Shown: piece after piece, positions 53,349 to 63,262 of the stretch
Layout of the letters: the number at the start of each line of letters is the position of its first letter
How positions within the stretch are numbered: the first letter of the stretch is position 1
Notes under the pieces: model-generated
What the model was told of the DNA's origin: nothing
Seen by the model: the letters and a program-made list of their open reading frames with translations, nothing else
Database searches by the model: none
Program-made: the position numbers and the translations under genes
NCBI GenBank assembly: GCA_964019335.1
Contig: OZ025702.1
Span: 62,001 to 126,000, forward strand
Reading direction: 5' to 3'
DNA from: Diplonema japonicum
Taxonomy: Eukaryota > Protista > Euglenozoa: Diplonemea
DNA length: 64,000 bases

Positions 53349-56300
53349 ATGCCTCTACTACTGCAGAACCCCTCCATGAAGATGCCTACTAAAAAACTGA
53401 GTTCGAGGAAACTGGTGTCGCTTCGCAGGGCAAAGTCCCAGGTTATGGAGGCGAGGTCGCAGTTTGGAAACGAACAGCTTGCTTTGGAGTCGCTGAAGAA
53501 CTTGGAGGCCATCCAGGTATTGGGGAAAAAGAAAAAAAAAAAAAAAAAAGAAAAAAAACAGGAACACTATAGAGGGAAGATAAAAGTAGCGCAGATGTTC
53601 GCGAAGAACGCTGTGAAGAAGTCCGCATGGCCTCTGCCTGCGATCGTGGCGAAGTATCTCAATCAGTGGTTCAGCAAGCTGGCCGTCGTTGTCTTGGTAT
53701 GAATAAGAAGAAAAAAGAAGGGAAAAAAAAAAAAAAATACACTTAACCAGAACCACCGAATTATTGTTCTCGCCGTACTGGTGGCATTCGTGGGGTGGAG
53801 CGTGCTCTCTGCGGCGCTGCTGGTAGAGAATGAGGTGGAGTCAAGCGAGCTGTGGAACCCTGTTGACATGAAGGGGTACAAAGACTGGAAGAAATACAAA
53901 CAGTCCTTCCCGCCTTCAGGAAAGGTCACGCAGGTGGTTTTGAATAGTGCCGACGATGACATCAGCCTCCTCCGCTTGGAAGTCCTCGATAATCTACTGC
54001 TCATGCACAGCAGGATTGGGGACGAGGCGAAGTATCTTGAGTACTGCTTCAGAATAACCCCTGCAGAACCTTGCCCGAAGCTGTCGATCCTGGATGCCTG
54101 GGGGTTCAACAGTACCCTCATGCACAATGACCGCAACTTGCATGCCACTTTCGATAGTTACTTGGCAAGCTATTCCAACCCCGCTGAGTTCACAAGCGTA
54201 GTGCGGGATGCCAATGGCAGTATCACCAGTGTGCGGGCGGTCATGGAGGTGTGGACGTATCAACCATCTCCCAATGAATTTATATGGGACCTCGAGGATG
54301 TTTTGATGGGCACTCTCGCTTCGTGGCAGCTTCCTAGTGTGAACGTCTACGTCATGGCGTCAAGCTCTGTGAACAAAGAGATCAAGCGTGTTGTCGCACA
54401 GGATATCACCCTCATCGCTGTCAGTATTGTGCTTGTCGTGGTGTTTTGCGCCATTGCGCTGGGCGACAGGACGCTTGTCGGCAGCAGGCTGCTGCTTGGC
54501 ATGATAGCCACGTTTTTCATGTTGCTCGCCTTCCTCATCGGTATTGGGTTTTTGCCTCTCGTCGCTCAGACTATGACGCCCATCACGCCGCTTGTGCTCT
54601 TTGTGCTGATTGGTATTGGTGTTGACGATGTCATCATCATCGTCGACTGCTACAACGCGCACTTCTACCTCACAGACCAGAAGAAGCGCATGGCGAAGTC
54701 CCTGTCTAACTCCGGCCCTGCCATTACCCTCACAACAGTCACTGATGTCCTCGCCTTCGCGGTGGGCTCCAGTGCCACCATGCCCGCTGTGCGGTCATTC
54801 ACCATCACCGCGCTGCTTGTTATTTGTGTCGACTTCCTCATTCAAATCACGGTGTTGCTCATCTTCATCGATCTTGACGAGACCCGTATTACGAACAACA
54901 GGCTGGACGTGCTCTTCTGCGTTGTGCTCCCCGATAGGTACACTACCGTCAAGCAGCTGTTGCTACGTCTACGCGCTCCTCCTGAGCGGCGTCCCACTGC
55001 GCGTGCATCACAGATAAGGTTCTCGATTAGTGAACCTCTTCCACTGTTGCCGCCCTCGCAGCGGAAAGTCAGTCTGCCGAAGGAACTTGACAACAGCGCC
55101 ACGGAATCGATGGAAGGCAGCGGCAGCACGACGTCGCAACCGCAACATCTGATGCCGAGGAGGAAGAGCTCGTTGTTCGTGCAGACCTTATCCGGGATGA
55201 AACGACGTTCCATGGTTACGGGGAAGTCCATTAAGGATTCGTTAGCTCCACTGCCCTCATTAGACTTGGTGGACATCATGGACAGCGTAGAGGAGGAGAG
55301 TGTGATAAACACGGGGGAATATTCAGCTGATTTGAACACCCCGGAGCTAAGCGTACTGGAATTAGATGAGAGCGGGGACAAGTCACCCGACCTTGAGCAT
55401 AAGGAGATAAAAGACAGTGTGCTGAGGAACAAACAGCAGGACATCAAAATAGATGCAGCCTCGCTGGCCTCTACAGAGATGACGGAACCGCTTAACGACG
55501 AGGACCACACGACTATGATCACGAAGTTTATGGTGAACTGGTACGGGCCGGTTCTGACGCACCCTGTTGGGAAGTTGTTGGTGGTGGGGGTGTTCCTCGC
55601 GTGGGCGATTTTCTGTGCGACGTTGATCCCCAGTCTGAAACAGGGCTTGTCGCTGTCGGAGACGCTGCCCACAGACTCCTATGTGAAGGACTTCATCGAA
55701 GTTCAGAATTCGTACTTCGTAGGCATCGCTTCAGAGCTGCATGTTGTTCTGTACCAACCGGCAGACCTCAACTGGACATCGGTGGAGTTTACGAACACGC
55801 TACGTGGCCTACAAGATGTGCTTGAAGCAGAAGTGTCCATCTCCAGCTTTGTACCGTGGCTTATTGCTTTCAGGGAATGGGCGGTTTTAACAACAAACTC
55901 AAGCGAGGCGTACGTCACAGAGAATTTTTACGACCTCCTCAAAGTGTACACAACGGAGGTGTCGAAGATAAGCACGATGCTTGTTTACAAACAGGACGGC
56001 ACGCTGGAACAAATACGGTTAACAGGAAAACAAAGAATCTCAGACGGGACGTGGGAAAAGGCGTCTGACATGAACAACGTGAGGGCTACCTTCGCAACGT
56101 GGCAGGACCAGCATCACATCGACGGCTTCATCGTGACAAGGTGGTACGCCTTCACGGACGCAGACGTCATTATCGACACGATGATAAGGGACAATCTGGT
56201 GTATTCAGGTCTGGCGGTGCTGCTTGCTTTGATGTTTTTTGTACCCCCGATGATGGCGGTACTGGTGACGATGGTGGTTGCACTGATAGATGTGTCGATT

Positions 56301-56708
56301 TTGGGATGGATGTATCTTACAGGTGTCACTCAGTCCCCTGTTAGTTATATTGTTATTGCCATGTCTATTGGTGTGTCTGTGGACTATTGCGCGCATATTG
56401 GTATTGCTTTTACGAACGCCCGTTTGCACGAGTCCGAAGAATTGCGCAAGAAGACGCCTCGTAGTGCGCCTTATTATGTTCGCGTGGCGTTGGAGGAAAT
56501 CGGTGGTAGTGTTGTGGCAGGAGGTCTCTCCACCCTCTTGGGTGTCGTGGCTCTTGCAGGCTCTTCGTCCTCGACTTTTCTTATCTTTTTCAAGATGCTT
56601 TTTGCCGCCGTTCTTTTCGGCATGATCCACGGGTTTGTTTTCTTCCCTTCCGCCCTTGCGTGCCTCCCACAATTCATGGTGTCTATTCTTGTTTTAGACC
56701 CTCTGTAA
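53349..56708 (+). CDS. Patched/NPC1-family sterol-sensing-domain (RND) protein, three exons
   Basis: GIGVDD, GPAITLTTVTDVLAF, GVSVDYCAH, GMIHGFVFFP motifs; introns 53517-53561 and 53697-53750 add the N-terminus. Confidence 0.9.
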
Positions 56709-56769
56709 AAGTAACATAAAAAAAAAAAAAAGAGGAATACGGTTTCTAACACTCCTAAACTTTACCTTT

Positions 56770-56805
<36 letters not shown>

Positions 56806-57360
56806 CCTTCTCCTCTTTCTGTTCTCTCTTTTTTAAAAGACCTCATGGGTCTATCACATCTCATGGTGGGATACCTCAAACCGTCGGCGGTTAGGTTGGG
56901 GTAACGTAAAAATAGAAGGAAGTCCATCAGATGTGTTGTTCGCTGTTGACTTCCTAGTCTGGGACCTGTACACCGCACGCATTAAGAACACGACACGGGT
57001 AACTCCTCTATCTCTTAAATATATTTTCCCCCCCTAGGATTGGCAGCGCCCTGATTGTCTGTTGTCCAAAAACTTTTCTTTCTTTTTTTTTCTTTTTTTC
57101 TGCCCGTGCATATACGCCTTCAAAAATAGTTGTACCTTTTCTCCGTTCCTACTTGTTTTTACTATTCTAATTGGAATGTTGACAAACAGGCGGGGGGGGG
57201 GGACAAAATTTCTCATTTGCATGTTTCTTTTTGCTTTTTTAATAATTTTCCTCTCCCGAAGAACGCGTCTTTAACTTGTCAAAACAAAAAAGGGTTTATG
57301 AACTTTCTCCGGATTTTTCTACCTGGCACGGACAAACAACGGCCAGTCTCTTTTTTCTTG

Positions 57361-57815
57361 GTGGGGGGTCACCGCCCCTTAAAAAGCTCGAAATTTTACT
57401 TTCCGCCGCTATTTGGGGGTTTTTGTGACTTCTATGTGACGTATCCACAATTTTGAGCGGGTGTGACAGAGCCATTTGAGCCGTTCAGTGTTGAGTGTTG
57501 CTTAAACATAGCAGTAAAAGTATCGGTTCTGTTTTAGGGTATCCAACTTGCATATTTCGTGGCGATTTTGGGGTGGTACAAGTGGTTTTTTAGGCCTTTG
57601 TGTCACATATGTGCAAGACACAGTTTTAGCCTAATTTCGACCCATTGACCCCCAGGGCTATGCTGGTAAGAACGGGGAAACCGTTTCCGTATCCGTTACC
57701 TTATTTTTTCAGATACCTAAGGAACGCGACTCCTTTTCAGAGGAAACGTGTTCTCTTCTACATATATCCAATGCTTTAACATGCTAAGACTTTTCTTCTT
57801 CTTCAGCATATGCTG
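57361..57815. mobile_element. Degenerate relatives of elements B and A, abutting
   Basis: GTGGGGGGTCAC (57361) ... CCCATTGACCCCC (57641-57653), directly followed by CAGGGCTATGCTGG (57653-57666) with GGAAAC/GTTTCCG motifs as at 21440. Confidence 0.55.
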
Positions 57816-58041
57816 CTCGTCTTCTGGTTAATGTCACATGGCAGTGTTCTCACTCTACAAGGGATATCAATCCCCCCTTTTTTTTTGTCCCTCCTCTACC
57901 CACGTTTGCGCAACTGCCTTCTTTCCAGAGACAGTACGCGGAAGCACCCCCTTACCCCCTTACCCCTTACTCAGTTCCCTTCCACGTTTTGTTACAGTTA
58001 TCGTAGCCATATCTGTCACTTAAAGGTATTGAAAAGGAACA

Positions 58042-60066
58042 ATGAAAAGACATCTGCTTTTCTCAATATTAGCCTTGGCGACAGCGGTGGGTGGTGAGCT
58101 GCTGATCTGTGTTGATGACATGGAGTGCAAGGCCCAATCCCCTGACCTAAGATGTGTGCGCTTCATGGTGGATGGAAATGTGCTGGGAGAAGGCGCTTGC
58201 AAGCCGTTGATGAAACTGGGCGATGTGTGCTATGGGGACGCCGTAAGTGTGTATGAGCCACAAGAGAACGGGTGTCCTGAAGGCACGGTGTGCAAAACAG
58301 CTGACTACTTTGCGGACTACAAACAAGCAAGTGATCATGTCGGGGATAATGTTGCGAGCCATACCATCCATATGTTGAAAAAAGTAAAGACTTGCCAGGC
58401 GATCATCGAGCCTGTCAAGAACTGCACACACAGCGACAGAACCATCGAGCACGGGAAGTCCATTCGAGTCCAAGACCAGACCTGCGTCTGCTACTCTGGA
58501 CTGGTCACATGCATGAACCTGCCTTGTGAAGACCGCCCCATTTGCGAAGGAAGTGAAGACTGCCTGTCGAACACCTGCGTCGACACGCCCAACGGTGCGC
58601 GGTGCACGATGAACGGGCAGGGGATCTTCCCCACAGTGAACGGTACCTGCGAGGAGAGGGCCGAGGCGGACGACCTCTGCTCCGCCGACGAGCACTGCGG
58701 CGCCCTGAGGTACTGCGACGTTGACACCGCTACATGCTTGATGCGTGTCGAGCTAGGCGGTGCATGCACACCTAACGGGAAACCTTGCGTCACAGGGGCC
58801 GGATGCACAAACTTCAACTCTCGATACTGGAGTGACTACGATCCTTCAAGCCAGTTGGTTTGTGAGGTTCAGAAGGTTGCTGGCGAGTTCTGCGGGTACA
58901 ACGGCGAGCGCCCCTCCACTATACCAAAGCCACAGTGCGAGGCCGGCTCGAAGTGCCTGCGGGCAGACGGCGTGATAGTTGAGTGGTTCCTGACATGCCA
59001 GCATACCCTCGTCGAACCTGTCGAAGGTCCTCCAACAGGCAAACCCGTGCCCGTGGTGCAAGGTATCTGCCAAAGCAACGCGGACTGCAATGGTGACAAT
59101 GTGTGCGACATGTTTCTCAACCCAGAGACCGGCTCTGTCATGAAAGAAGGTGTTTGCGGGAAGGCGATGAAAGAAGCCGGTGATGTGTGTGCGGGTCCGA
59201 GGGCTGTGTACCCGTACCTGCTTCACACGTGTATGGAAGGGACTAACTGTCTAGTGATTCCAGGGGCGGTGCCTGACTTAGGGTTCCCCACTATTATGGA
59301 ATTCCGTCCGTCGGTGTATCTATGCACGGCAGGGCAGGCGCCGATGCTGCCTGAGGCTAGCTGCTTCGATGTCGCACACAACATAACAGTGCTGCATGGT
59401 CGTAGTTTCTACAATGTTGATGATGGGAATTGCAAGTGCTACAATGGTACGTTCGAGTGCAAGAAGCTGCAATGCAGCAACGTTGACAGAGGTTGCTGCA
59501 ACCAAGACAGCGACTGCGGGGTGAACGAGAAATGTAATGAGATGAACAGGAACTGCGATGTGCTGCAGCCATTAGGTGAACCGTGTGACACTATCCTGGC
59601 TTGTGAGGACGACTTGTGGTGCCACAATAGCAAGTGTGTGGACAGGCTTCCTGGTGGTAGCCACTGTACGAACGATGGCAGTTGTGGTGTTGGTCTTGCA
59701 TGCAGGTCAATAGATCAGGTTTTCGATGAAAGCGTCTTAGCATGCAAAGCTATTCCAGACACTCCAGCCCCCCCTCCGTCCCCTGCCACCCCCGCACCAA
59801 GCACACCAGCGCCTCTCACTTGGTCGCCTAAAACGCCAGCACCACTGACAACTGCCCCGCTCACCCAGGAACCGACTGCAATTCCTACTCTCGCTCCCAA
59901 CACCCCCGCTCCCCCGCAGCCCGAGTCTTCGAAGGCAAAGAAAGCTGTCATCTTTCTTGCCATTCTTTGCAGTGTTGCCTTCATTGGTTTTATCGTCTTT
60001 TACGCCTTCTGTAGAGCGAAGGCTGGCGGTGGCGACTATTTCGTCGAGATGACCCCAGTCAACTAG
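58042..60066 (+). CDS. Cys-rich type I cell-surface protein
   Basis: Signal peptide, repeated CxxxxDC/GxxC...C modules, TPAP-rich stalk, TM helix, short tail ending YFVEMTPVN. Confidence 0.85.
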   Translation: MKRHLLFSILALATAVGGELLICVDDMECKAQSPDLRCVRFMVDGNVLGEGACKPLMKLGDVCYGDAVSVYEPQENGCPEGTVCKTADYFADYKQASDHVGDNVASHTIHMLKKVKTCQAIIEPVKNCTHSDRTIEHGKSIRVQDQTCVCYSGLVTCMNLPCEDRPICEGSEDCLSNTCVDTPNGARCTMNGQGIFPTVNGTCEERAEADDLCSADEHCGALRYCDVDTATCLMRVELGGACTPNGKPCVTGAGCTNFNSRYWSDYDPSSQLVCEVQKVAGEFCGYNGERPSTIPKPQCEAGSKCLRADGVIVEWFLTCQHTLVEPVEGPPTGKPVPVVQGICQSNADCNGDNVCDMFLNPETGSVMKEGVCGKAMKEAGDVCAGPRAVYPYLLHTCMEGTNCLVIPGAVPDLGFPTIMEFRPSVYLCTAGQAPMLPEASCFDVAHNITVLHGRSFYNVDDGNCKCYNGTFECKKLQCSNVDRGCCNQDSDCGVNEKCNEMNRNCDVLQPLGEPCDTILACEDDLWCHNSKCVDRLPGGSHCTNDGSCGVGLACRSIDQVFDESVLACKAIPDTPAPPPSPATPAPSTPAPLTWSPKTPAPLTTAPLTQEPTAIPTLAPNTPAPPQPESSKAKKAVIFLAILCSVAFIGFIVFYAFCRAKAGGGDYFVEMTPVN

Positions 60067-60166
60067 TCCACAGTCTTCTTAGTGTTTGATACAAAAAAGG
60101 AAAAACGAAACAAAAAACACATATCATGCACCATACCACCCCAAAGTACCATACCCCACAGGAAGT

Positions 60167-63034
60167 ATGTCCGCAAAGCCACCTTTTAAAAAGGTCACGA
60201 GAGATGTCGAGCGCATTAAAGTAGCAGTAAGAATACGCCCTATGATCAAGATGGAGAAGGGGGACAGTGAGGTTGTGAGGGCCGTGAAAGGTGTGAATGC
60301 TTTGAAAGTGGAGGGGATGACAGAGGAGTTGCAATATGACTACGTGTTCGGGCAAGACAGCAGCCAGAAGCAGGTGTACGTGGACGCGGTGGCCCCGCTG
60401 GTAGAGACGTGGGTGAACGGGTACAATGCTTGCTTGTTCGCGTACGGCCAGACTGGCAGTGGAAAGACGTACACGATGCTCGGTCCTGATGGCGGTTTGA
60501 AGAACTTGGAGGGGATGATTCCTCAGGTTGCTAAGCAGGTCTTCGAGAGCATCCAGCAGGAAGAGAAGGATTTCAAGCTCTTGATGGGCTCTTCGTGCGT
60601 GTCGCAGTTCCAAGTGCGTGCATCGTACGTAGAAGTGTACAACGACGATGTCCGCGACCTCCTAGGCACCGACGACCCTCCTGCCGAGCTCCAGGTGCGT
60701 GAGAAAGACCTCCGTGTGTACGTTGAAGGCTGCAAAGAGGTGGAGGTCAAGACACCTGAACAAGTGATAAAACAGATCTACAAAGGAAGCAAGCGACGCG
60801 CCACCGGCAGGACCAACATGAACACCCACTCCAGCAGGTCGCACGCCGTGTTCACGCTCATCCTGGAACACAGGTGGCGGAACTCTTCTGACAAAGAACG
60901 CCAATTTCACAACAAGATATCTTACTTCAACCTAGTCGACCTAGCAGGGAGTGAGAGGTCTAAACGCACTGGAAACAAGGATGTTGCCTTTAAAGAGAGC
61001 GTGTCCATCAACAGCGGTCTCCTTGCGTTGGGAAACGTCGTTGCAGCCTTGTCTGGAGTGAGTGGAAGGGGCGCACACGTTCCATACAGGGACTCTACAC
61101 TGACGAGGCTCCTGCAGTCGTCTCTCGGGGGTGACAGTAGAACAGTGATGCTAGCATGCGTGAGTCCTGCTCTCAGCAACATCGACGAGTCTACAGGGAC
61201 TCTAAAGTACGCGCACGTTACGAACAGCATCAAGATCGCTCCCAAGCAGCACGTGGAAGTAGTTATGGAGGAGGCAGGTCCTATGGACAATGACGTGCGA
61301 GACCCTGACAGCAACTTGGACCGGAGATGCTTATGGATCGACACGTCGTATCACGGCTCAATCTACGCACGGTGCGTGGGCGACGTGGAGGACCCGCTGA
61401 TCCTGCTCATCCACGGGTCAGGGCCTACGAACTCGTCGACCTGGTGGAACAGCTTGGTGCACGAGTTAGCTGTCACGTCGAGTAGAAGCTTCTTCATGGT
61501 GAGCATCGACTGCCCTGGGTACGGCCGGACAGTGGGCGACAAACAAGACGTGAGGTCGAACCCTGGGTCCCTTGTGAAGGATATCATCAATTCGTTAGGC
61601 AGAGCAAAGGCGTTCTGTCTGGTCGGGTCCTCACAGGGGAGCTGCTCGACATTCAACGCCGTGCTGGAACACCCGGACATCACCGACTTCGTGGCAGTGA
61701 TGGACCCTGTGGGGCACGACGTGTTCAGGTACAAGGCGATTAAGCAGCCAACGTTGCTGATCTTTGATGTGGAGGATGCCGGGCACCCTGTCAAAGTGGG
61801 CAGGTGGATGCGAGACAACCTCCCACACCCACACTACCATGAGTTTGCTGCTTCAAAGACACCTTTTTGGCATGTTGACCACATGGCGACTGAGATGATG
61901 AAGATGTTCTCGTCGTACATGACCTCTATGCGTAGGGTGTCCCCTGGCACCATGATGACCCGTCTGGCAGGTGGGCTCATCAAATGGTGTGAAAACGAAG
62001 GATATGGCGAGCCCATCAAGCAGATCGACGAAGGGCTGCTGGACCCACCATCGACTTTCATCGAAGAAATGCTCGGTGAGGATGTCATGAGGCAGCTCAG
62101 CGTAGATGAAGAGGTGTACGAGGAGTCCCCCGACACATGGGAGAAGAAGGCAGACATGAAAACTGGAAGGGTGTTTTATTTTAACAGGAAGACAGGCGAA
62201 TCTACATGGAAGCGTCCGATACACGCAAGCGTCGAACATTTTAAGGAGCAACATGAGAAGAGCGACACTACAGATCTATTTTGCGAGGAAGAAGAGGAAG
62301 AACAACGGCAGATCGAGACCGAGGAGGAGAAAGCAAAGAGAGAAACGATGGAACGAGGGAAAACACACTGCGACCTATGCGCAAGGATGCTGTGGCGCCC
62401 TGTGAGGATCGATCCATGCACGCACACTGTGTGCGAAATGTGTGCAACGCGAACATTGACATACAACAAAATTTGCCCAGTGAAAAAATGCCGTGTTGCC
62501 GTGAAGGGTAAACAACAAGACGCAGTTCACCACGAACAGAACATCACGAGATTCACTGAGAAAGAAGTCGCCCAGCGGGAGGATGAAAACTCCAAAGAAT
62601 CTCAGATCAGAGACAGCTCACTCCGGATAGTTCTCGAATACGGAAACACTTCATCTGGAACTACCGAAGGATCATCACACACCGTGCAAGCCCACATGAA
62701 GGTTCTTAAAGTAGAGAAAGGCAAGCTGTACAAAAAGAAAATGGTGAAGCCCAGCATCAAACGTGTTGATTTCAACATTAACCCTTGCTACCCAAAGTCG
62801 GCGGTGAAGGTCTCGGAGTCTCCGTTCACACTGACGCGCACCATGTCTTCTCGCTTCCCCTGTGACATGACCATCAAGTGGTCTGATACGCTCCCTTCCA
62901 TTACAATCCCGTACACGATCCAGCACCAGTTGGTTACCCAACGCAAAGCTGTCATCATCGTCAGCAACCCTGACAAAAAACCCTCCAACGCCACTGTTGT
63001 CATGTCCGGTCTCTACCCTGAAGTGTTTGTTTGA
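60167..63034 (+). CDS. Kinesin motor fused to alpha/beta-hydrolase, WW, RING and YEATS-like domains
   Basis: GQTGSGKT, SSRSH, DLAGSE, HVPYRDS; LLIHG, IDCPGYG, GSSQG; W..GRVFYFN..TWKRP; CDLC..CTHTVCEMC..CP..CR; LEYGN...IKRVDF...SPF. Confidence 0.9.
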   Translation: MSAKPPFKKVTRDVERIKVAVRIRPMIKMEKGDSEVVRAVKGVNALKVEGMTEELQYDYVFGQDSSQKQVYVDAVAPLVETWVNGYNACLFAYGQTGSGKTYTMLGPDGGLKNLEGMIPQVAKQVFESIQQEEKDFKLLMGSSCVSQFQVRASYVEVYNDDVRDLLGTDDPPAELQVREKDLRVYVEGCKEVEVKTPEQVIKQIYKGSKRRATGRTNMNTHSSRSHAVFTLILEHRWRNSSDKERQFHNKISYFNLVDLAGSERSKRTGNKDVAFKESVSINSGLLALGNVVAALSGVSGRGAHVPYRDSTLTRLLQSSLGGDSRTVMLACVSPALSNIDESTGTLKYAHVTNSIKIAPKQHVEVVMEEAGPMDNDVRDPDSNLDRRCLWIDTSYHGSIYARCVGDVEDPLILLIHGSGPTNSSTWWNSLVHELAVTSSRSFFMVSIDCPGYGRTVGDKQDVRSNPGSLVKDIINSLGRAKAFCLVGSSQGSCSTFNAVLEHPDITDFVAVMDPVGHDVFRYKAIKQPTLLIFDVEDAGHPVKVGRWMRDNLPHPHYHEFAASKTPFWHVDHMATEMMKMFSSYMTSMRRVSPGTMMTRLAGGLIKWCENEGYGEPIKQIDEGLLDPPSTFIEEMLGEDVMRQLSVDEEVYEESPDTWEKKADMKTGRVFYFNRKTGESTWKRPIHASVEHFKEQHEKSDTTDLFCEEEEEEQRQIETEEEKAKRETMERGKTHCDLCARMLWRPVRIDPCTHTVCEMCATRTLTYNKICPVKKCRVAVKGKQQDAVHHEQNITRFTEKEVAQREDENSKESQIRDSSLRIVLEYGNTSSGTTEGSSHTVQAHMKVLKVEKGKLYKKKMVKPSIKRVDFNINPCYPKSAVKVSESPFTLTRTMSSRFPCDMTIKWSDTLPSITIPYTIQHQLVTQRKAVIIVSNPDKKPSNATVVMSGLYPEVFV

Positions 63035-63262
63035 GAATCTGCTTTACACGGGTTAACACCCCCCTTTTCTTTCTTTCTTTCTATCTGAGAGACTGCCTCA
63101 AGATTGTCTTTTCCCCTCCCTCTTTTCCCCCCCACTTCTCTCTCCCCTAGCCTTTGACGCGGAAAAAAAAGTAAGAAGCATAAGAAGAAGCGAACCCCCC
63201 CCCCCCCCCCCCCCCCCAACCGTCCTCTTTTGTATCTTGCACTACACCACACACAGGTGTTG

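Noticed and set aside
18098-63034. Functional operon linking ATG7, START-FYVE, Patched-like, kinesin and others
   Set aside because: Functions are heterogeneous; co-orientation is explained by genome organisation.
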